In this document: piece after piece, positions 15,994 to 21,653 of the stretch
Layout: every line of letters begins with the position of its first letter
Position numbering within the stretch: the first letter of the stretch is position 1
Source of the DNA: Candidatus Woesearchaeota archaeon
GTDB taxonomy: Archaea; Nanobdellota; Nanobdellia; SCGC-AAA011-G17; GW2011-AR18
Direction of reading: 5' to 3'
Length of the DNA: 21,653 bases
Assembly (NCBI GenBank): GCA_018302765.1
Contig: JAGVZG010000013.1
Location: 1 to 21,653 of the forward strand
Made by a program: the position numbers and the translations under genes
Notes under the pieces: model-generated
The model's input: only the letters and a program-made list of their open reading frames with translations
Database searches by the model: none
Told to the model about the DNA's origin: nothing

Positions 15994-18900
15994 AAATTAG
16001 AGTTAAGAGATTTTTAGCTTTGGCACAGATTTTATTAGTTATTAGTTTGATGTTTGTTTTAGGTTTTACTTTTAGTTCAGCTAGTGTTTCTGCTGATGAG
16101 GAACAGGTTTGCTGTGAGAAAGATAATGACGGGAATTATTGCAATTATGTTCCTTCTAGTAAGTGCACTGGTGCCGGAGTTTTAAAAGCTTCAACTAGTT
16201 GTGACCAAACTAGTTTTTGCAAAGCTGGATGTTGTGCTGGAGTAAATGGTTTTTGTTATAGCAATTATGCAAAGGCTTTATGCGAGAAGGGATATAGTGG
16301 AAGCTATAGCAATGATAAAAACTGCGATTCTGTTGCTGAATGCAAACTGGGTTGCTGTATTATAGGAACTCAAGCTGCTTATTTAACTAGAAATAGATGC
16401 ATACAAGAAACAGGCAAATTTCCTGATTTAGAAGTTGATTTCAGAGAGAGCGTTAATACTGAACAAGATTGTTTGAACTTAGCCAGAAATACTGAGAAAG
16501 GGTGCTGTGTTACTTCAGACAGAAAATGTAAATACGATGCAAAATCTGAATGCAGTGTTCAGGATGTAGTAAATGGAACTGGTTTTTATAAAGATACTTA
16601 TTGCAGTAGCTTGACTAACTCATGCGATTGTGCTCCACATAAAGATGGAGATCCCAGAGCAACTACTTGTTTAGCTAATGATGATAGAGTATTTTGGAAG
16701 GATAGTTGTGGAAATCCTGAAGGTGTAGTTGAAGGGATAAATTTGAAGAGTTATGATAAAGCTGCAGTTTTATCTGATGGTAAATGTGATTTTAATAAAG
16801 GAACTTTATGCGGAGATTCTAATAAAGACGGTATAAATGTTTGTGAAAGTCTTGATTGCGAAGGAGGAACTGGAGTTGCAAGCAATAATAAATTATCTTT
16901 GCACATGGATAATTATGTTTCTAAAGATGGGACACGTGGCACACCTCTTGACGTAATTAATGAAGATGGATTACTAAACGGAGAGAGCTGGTGTGAGTTT
17001 GATAGTTCTGACCAACAACAGATTAACAGGATTGATTTTTTAAGTACAGCTGGTCGTGGCAGTAAAGATCCTGTTGGCAGCAGATACTATAGACATTTAT
17101 GTATTAATGGTCAGGAATTAGTTGAGCCTTGCAAGGATTTTAGGGAAGAGTATTGCTATTTTAATACTATTAATGTTGGCAGTAATTCTGGTAAATCATA
17201 CACCGAGTCTAGATGCATTAGCAATCAGTGGAAACCTTGCGTAAATGAGTGCAATACTGCTAATCCTCAGACGATGGATAGATTTACTTACACAGAGGCT
17301 TTGAAAAAAGACCAGCAATGCTGTTTGAGTTCTAAAAGAGATTGTTTTTGGAATAGCAATAAGTGCGTTCCTGCTGTAAGTCCTGGTTTTAAGTTTTGGG
17401 AAGGAGAAGGAGCTGAGATTTGTGCTAAGGCAAATACGCAGTGCGCTGCAACTTTTAGGTGCGGTGGATGGAATAGAATTTTTGGATGCGGTGAAGAAGG
17501 TACTAAGGCTGCTGGTAGCGTCGGAGGCATTGTTGCTGGAGCTGCTGCTGGAGGCTATACTGCATTAACTTTAGGTGCAACTGCCGCAGCTGCAGCAGGA
17601 CCTGTTGCTATTGCAGTTGTCGGAGCAGCATTACTCATAGGCCTTACTTCAGGACTTCAAGGAGGATGGCAGATAATTAGTGGCGGTGAATGTTTTAGCC
17701 AGGATTATTTGCAGGCAGCAAATAATTTGTGCAGAGCTGTGGGAGATTGTGGTGCTGATTATAATTACTTAACTAGTTATGCTGATAGAGATATAGATTC
17801 TAACTTTACTTTGGGAACTACAGGGTTTACAAATACCAAAAATGTAGAGGGAGAAATTGCTGAATATGCAATTAAAGAAAGAGATGGAAAATTACAAGAT
17901 ACAAAATCAGTAAGTGATAGAGGAAATGTTGAATTTACGTTTAAAGATGGAATTCCTGGCGTCTTGACTGATCCAGATTGGAAGAAGGGAGAAATATTTT
18001 ATAAATTCAATGTTAAAGGCAGAGAATTAGGAAATATGTTTGTCAGAGCTTTATTTACTGGCAATGAGGTAAAAGAGCAGGGTTGGTTATACTCGGCAGC
18101 TTCACTTAGTGCAGCTACAGCTGTTGCTGGGGGTGTTGTTGGAAGTATTGCTTGGGGTGTTTCTGGTGGCTTAGCTGCTGGAGTTACTGGGGCTTCATTA
18201 GGATTGTCTGCTTCACCTTTAGGTTACTTAGTTACTAAAGGATTAGAATTTATACCTACGCAATATACAAAAAACCTTGGACTGGCTGCTGGCAGAAACG
18301 CTTTTGAGTCTGCTGCCAAAAGTCAATTTGAAACAGCTTTGCCTTCCATCAAGACTGGGGCTTTACGTCCGGCTGTTGAATCATCATTAAAGGAGCAACT
18401 TGGCAAGGGCGTAAGTACAAAGTTAAGCGACGCCGAAATATTGAAGCTTGCAAAAGGTGAAGAAATTGCTGGAAAGATTGGAAAAGAGGTTGCTGGAAAA
18501 GTTAGTAAAGGTGCAGGTGAACAATTTGCAAAAGATCAAGCTGCCAGATCTTTTTCAGGCTATTTAACAGGCGTAAGTGCAGCTTTATGGTTATACACTG
18601 CTTATCAATTAGCAGACGTTTTCTTTGAGGATGTAAGGCAAGTTACTATATCTACAACGTGCCAGCCATGGCAGCCTCCTTCTTATAAAATTACAGAAGA
18701 AACTGATATATGCGAAAGATGCAATTCCCAATATAATGCAGATGATGAAGGCTATGTAAATAAAGATAAAACCCCAAAAGATGTAAGGGCTTTCAAAAAA
18801 TGTTCTGAATATAGATGCAAGAGCTTGGGACCAAGCTGTGAATTAATAAATAAAGGCACCACTGAAGAGTCTTGCGTATCAATAAACAAGTTAGATGTTA

Positions 18901-20294
18901 GCTCTCCAAAAATAGAACCTTGGATAGAAGGATTTACTTTAGGAATAAAAGAAAGTGACATAGTAAAGAATTCCAATGGTTTTATAATAAAAAAACAAAA
19001 AGAGATTCCAATTTATACACCATTTAATATCGCATTAAGGACTGACGAACCTAGTCAGTGCAAGATGAGCATGGAACATAGCAAAAGATATAATGAAATG
19101 GACAATGTATTTGGAAATAATATATTTAAGTATTTCCATATTAATACAATGTTTTATCCTGCTAATAGAAATACAACTGCAAGTGGCATATTATTAACTG
19201 GCGGTGGGCATTATAAATTATATTTAAGGTGCATTGATGCTGTAGGAAATGCGAATGAAAATGATTACGTTGTAGAATTTGATGTTAGCAGCGAACCTGA
19301 CTTAACTGCGCCTACAATATTTGGAAGTAGTTTATCTCCACCCGTACCTAATGATTTAGTTAACCAGACATTATTAGCCAAAGAAGTTTATTTGATGAGT
19401 GGCGCAAATTATACAGACATTACATTATTTGTTAATGAACCAGCTGAGTGTAGATATAGTTATATCCCTCTTGACTTTGGTTTTATGAATGAAACTAATT
19501 TATGCAAAACACAATTTAATCCCCCTTATTATGAGTGCAAATTTATTAGGGGTGTGCAAAATTTAGCTGGAATAGGACCTGCTCCTAGCGGATTTGTTTC
19601 GAAGCCAGGCTTGGCGCAATTTGTTTACTTTAAGTGCAGAGATCATCCTGAAGCAAGCTATAATGGAACAAGAAATTTCAATAAAGATGCTTACACTGTT
19701 GTATTAAGAGGAAGTGAAACACTTCATATAAGTAGATCAGGACCTTCTGGTACGATAAAAACAAGTAGTGCAATTGTTGATGTTACATTAGATGTTCAGA
19801 CAAGCGGCGGTGCTTTGTTAAATGGGAAATCAATATGCAAGTATACAACTGAAGAAATAAATAAAGAAAATTTAGCAGCTATGACTGAATTTTTAAATAC
19901 AGATTCAAGTTATCATACACAGCCTTGGAAGCCAAGTAGCGGAGCACAGAGGTTTTTTGTGGGGTGCTATGATCAAGCGGGCAACAGAGCATTTGCTAGT
20001 ATAAGTTTTGCTGTTGAAAAGGATGTTACTCCACCAATAATTGCTAAAGTTTACAGAGATCAAAGTTTCCAGCCACCACAATTTACTGTGGAAATAAATG
20101 AGCCTGGTGAATGTAAAGATAGTGTTGAAAGTATCTTTAATTATGATGCAGAAGGCAATTTAATGAATGCTGTCGGAAGCAGTGGAAGAGTATTTACAAG
20201 CACAGTTCCAAATTCAAATGTTTATTACATTGTATGTAGAGATCAGTTCAATAATACAATGGCTCCAGCAATTGTACAGATAGCACAGGTTTAA
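15990..20294 (+). CDS. Module 3 giant Cys-rich exported protein (1434 aa) with Gly/Ala-rich glycine-zipper segments
   Basis: Leader ending VSA/DE; four CC-repeats; WKDSCGN, NGESWCEF, PVGSRYY, GDCG and CQPWQPP motifs; hydrophobic segments at 17508-17669, 18081-18233 and 18552-18626; Ig-like C-terminal repeats. Confidence 0.85.
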   Translation: MKIRVKRFLALAQILLVISLMFVLGFTFSSASVSADEEQVCCEKDNDGNYCNYVPSSKCTGAGVLKASTSCDQTSFCKAGCCAGVNGFCYSNYAKALCEKGYSGSYSNDKNCDSVAECKLGCCIIGTQAAYLTRNRCIQETGKFPDLEVDFRESVNTEQDCLNLARNTEKGCCVTSDRKCKYDAKSECSVQDVVNGTGFYKDTYCSSLTNSCDCAPHKDGDPRATTCLANDDRVFWKDSCGNPEGVVEGINLKSYDKAAVLSDGKCDFNKGTLCGDSNKDGINVCESLDCEGGTGVASNNKLSLHMDNYVSKDGTRGTPLDVINEDGLLNGESWCEFDSSDQQQINRIDFLSTAGRGSKDPVGSRYYRHLCINGQELVEPCKDFREEYCYFNTINVGSNSGKSYTESRCISNQWKPCVNECNTANPQTMDRFTYTEALKKDQQCCLSSKRDCFWNSNKCVPAVSPGFKFWEGEGAEICAKANTQCAATFRCGGWNRIFGCGEEGTKAAGSVGGIVAGAAAGGYTALTLGATAAAAAGPVAIAVVGAALLIGLTSGLQGGWQIISGGECFSQDYLQAANNLCRAVGDCGADYNYLTSYADRDIDSNFTLGTTGFTNTKNVEGEIAEYAIKERDGKLQDTKSVSDRGNVEFTFKDGIPGVLTDPDWKKGEIFYKFNVKGRELGNMFVRALFTGNEVKEQGWLYSAASLSAATAVAGGVVGSIAWGVSGGLAAGVTGASLGLSASPLGYLVTKGLEFIPTQYTKNLGLAAGRNAFESAAKSQFETALPSIKTGALRPAVESSLKEQLGKGVSTKLSDAEILKLAKGEEIAGKIGKEVAGKVSKGAGEQFAKDQAARSFSGYLTGVSAALWLYTAYQLADVFFEDVRQVTISTTCQPWQPPSYKITEETDICERCNSQYNADDEGYVNKDKTPKDVRAFKKCSEYRCKSLGPSCELINKGTTEESCVSINKLDVSSPKIEPWIEGFTLGIKESDIVKNSNGFIIKKQKEIPIYTPFNIALRTDEPSQCKMSMEHSKRYNEMDNVFGNNIFKYFHINTMFYPANRNTTASGILLTGGGHYKLYLRCIDAVGNANENDYVVEFDVSSEPDLTAPTIFGSSLSPPVPNDLVNQTLLAKEVYLMSGANYTDITLFVNEPAECRYSYIPLDFGFMNETNLCKTQFNPPYYECKFIRGVQNLAGIGPAPSGFVSKPGLAQFVYFKCRDHPEASYNGTRNFNKDAYTVVLRGSETLHISRSGPSGTIKTSSAIVDVTLDVQTSGGALLNGKSICKYTTEEINKENLAAMTEFLNTDSSYHTQPWKPSSGAQRFFVGCYDQAGNRAFASISFAVEKDVTPPIIAKVYRDQSFQPPQFTVEINEPGECKDSVESIFNYDAEGNLMNAVGSSGRVFTSTVPNSNVYYIVCRDQFNNTMAPAIVQIAQV

Positions 20295-20632
20295 TTTAAC
20301 GGCTCTATTATTATTTTATTTCCTATTTTACTTAGATTTATTTCAGTGCTTTCCTTTAAATTTAGTTGTTTTTCTATATCGTAGGGTATTCTAAGAACAA
20401 GACCCCTTCCACTTTTTGATAGCGTTCTTGTCAACTTTAATGGTTCAGGCCATATAGCTAATTTTTTTGAAGTATCTATAAATTTTTTAGTTTCTTCTTC
20501 ATAAGGAAACTCTTCATTGCAGTTGCTACATCTATGGCCCTTAGCTACAAAAATATAACATTCTAATTCCATTATTATATTATCTACTTCTTCTAATATT
20601 CCTTTTTCACATACTAAACATTTTCTTTTCAT
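20291..20632 (-). CDS. Putative antitoxin/regulator: YgiT/MqsA-type zinc finger fused to an AbrB/MazE-type DNA-binding domain
   Basis: CLVC...CSNCNEEF at the N-terminus; RTLSKSGRGLVLRIPYDIEKQLNLKESTEINL...KIIIEP is an AbrB-like swapped hairpin. Confidence 0.75.
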   Translation of the reverse strand: MKRKCLVCEKGILEEVDNIIMELECYIFVAKGHRCSNCNEEFPYEEETKKFIDTSKKLAIWPEPLKLTRTLSKSGRGLVLRIPYDIEKQLNLKESTEINLSKIGNKIIIEPLN

Positions 20633-20880
20633 TTTCCTTCAGCTCCTGTAATTACAAATATTTCTTTATATTCTTCATCTACTACAAATATAATTTTTCT
20701 ACTTTTATTTTTGTTTTTTACATAAGATTCATATTTGTATTTACCTACTTTGTCTATTTTGTAATTATTTTCAAGCGATCTTCTTAAGTCTTCTTCATCC
20801 CATCCCCATTTTCTTATCCATCCTAAAATGAAATGCTTGCTTGGTCTTATTTTGTATTTTATAAATTCTAAATTTGACAT
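20629..20880 (-). CDS. Putative toxin, DUF4258-like (RelE/BrnT-type fold)
   Basis: 83 aa, basic; SKHF...W...DLRR.LE...RKIIFV...IFVIT pattern; 4-nt overlap with the downstream Zn-finger/AbrB gene, i.e. toxin-first TA arrangement. Confidence 0.6.
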   Translation of the reverse strand: MSNLEFIKYKIRPSKHFILGWIRKWGWDEEDLRRSLENNYKIDKVGKYKYESYVKNKNKSRKIIFVVDEEYKEIFVITGAEGK

Positions 20881-20988
20881 ACATTTTCACTACTTTTTAT
20901 ATAGTTTTTGTTATTTATATTGTTTTCTCTTTTACTTCTGAAAAAATTTTTGGAAAATTATATTAAATAGGGAGATTTCATAATTTTA

Positions 20989-21519
20989 ATGAAAAAAGGG
21001 CAACTTCTTTCTCAACCATTTTTTTATATATTTGCCATTATTGTAATAGGGCTGATTTTGATTTTTGGATTTACTTACGTAAATAAAATTCTTAAGACAG
21101 GCTGCCAAGTTGAGATTTTGAGCTTTGTTGGCGATGTTCAGGCCAAGATTAATGAGGTTTATTCTTTGTCTTATGGTTCCAGTTTTGAATGTTTTGTTGT
21201 CAGGTCTGCCGGACAGAGCGACAGCAGATGCGAATTAGTTTTACCTAACAACATCAGAGGCGCTTGTTTTGTTGACACAACAAAAGGTTATGATGCTGAC
21301 GATATTGTTTTTTCAGACACAAAAGACCTTGTTGTGAAATTGGGAGCTAGTGCAAATAAAAATTTATTTTTTTCTACACTAAAAGATTCTTCTTGCGCTG
21401 CTGAACCTGTAATGATAAAGAAAGCAACAACAAATGGTGTTATTTGTGTTGATTTAACCAAGAATAAAAGTTTTATTATTGAAAACAATGGAAACATTGT
21501 TGAAATTAAGAAAGTCTAA
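20989..21519 (+). CDS. Class III signal peptide (type IV pilin-like) protein, different subfamily
   Basis: MKKG/QLLSQPFFYIFAIIVIGLILIFG leader, 6 Cys in the globular part, AT-rich TATA-like stretch at ~20958-20969. Confidence 0.8.
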   Translation: MKKGQLLSQPFFYIFAIIVIGLILIFGFTYVNKILKTGCQVEILSFVGDVQAKINEVYSLSYGSSFECFVVRSAGQSDSRCELVLPNNIRGACFVDTTKGYDADDIVFSDTKDLVVKLGASANKNLFFSTLKDSSCAAEPVMIKKATTNGVICVDLTKNKSFIIENNGNIVEIKKV

Positions 21520-21653
21520 TTTTCTAGCTACTGTTCATAAAAGCAAGATTTATAATTCAAATTAATTCCTAAAAATATATGGTTATTAAGTTAGAGAATG
21601 TAAATAACATAATACAGCAGTATATAGGAAGCACGTTAAAATATAATATACAA

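Larger units (their letters stand above)
5993..20294 (+). repeat. Three tandem diverged copies of a [pilin-like + giant Cys-rich protein] gene pair
   Basis: Copies at 5993-10587, 10594-15176 and 15235-20294 share ordered protein motifs and identical ATGA coupling. Confidence 0.9.

Noticed and set aside
17508-18560. Locally high GC (about 50-55% in 17521-17640) as a sign of horizontal transfer
   Set aside because: Explained by Ala/Gly codons; third positions remain mostly A/T.
6708-18976. Short minus-strand ORFs inside the array (6708, 7234, 8004, 8363, 8892, 9684, 12378, 12728, 17288, 18752) and the + strand ORF 10382-10591
   Set aside because: They are nested in long, motif-rich CDSs and show no coherent protein features.
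6748-20294. Calling the giants HAP2/fusexin fusogens, S-layer proteins or PilY1
   Set aside because: No recognisable family motifs; the hydrophobic segments are internal rather than C-terminal, and no beta-propeller/vWA signature is seen. Only functional analogy is supportable.
21288-21497. Antisense 69-aa ORF
   Set aside because: Shadow of the pilin-like gene.
21520-21653. Possible 3' end of a minus-strand gene at the window edge
   Set aside because: Two frames give short hydrophobic peptides ending at different stops; cannot be resolved without more sequence.
1-21653. CRISPR array, tRNA/rRNA, IS element or DGR
   Set aside because: No regularly spaced direct repeats, RNA gene signatures, transposase or reverse transcriptase were seen; intergenic gaps are mostly under 110 nt.

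Overview
AT-rich archaeal chromosome segment, most likely DPANN (Woesearchaeota/Pacearchaeota-like; inferred from gene families, many KRG/Q pilin-like leaders and apparently leaderless TATA promoters). The first ~6 kb holds rpoL, tfs and pcn (PCNA) interleaved with signal peptidase I and membrane proteins. These include an adjacent pair resembling the Firmicute lipoprotein-modifying enzymes Lit (DUF1461) and YpjA/LhaT (DUF1405). From ~6.0 to 20.3 kb there are three tandem, diverged copies of a two-gene module. Each copy has its own TATA box, a ~255-aa class III signal peptide (pilin-like) protein, and an ATGA-coupled 1260-1430-aa cysteine-rich exported protein. The giant proteins share a conserved scaffold but carry unrelated central hydrophobic cassettes, one rich in glycine zippers. 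A DUF4258-like/Zn-finger-AbrB toxin-antitoxin-like pair and a fourth pilin-like gene follow. No rRNA, tRNA, CRISPR array or transposase was seen. All family calls are motif recognition from memory; no search was run.
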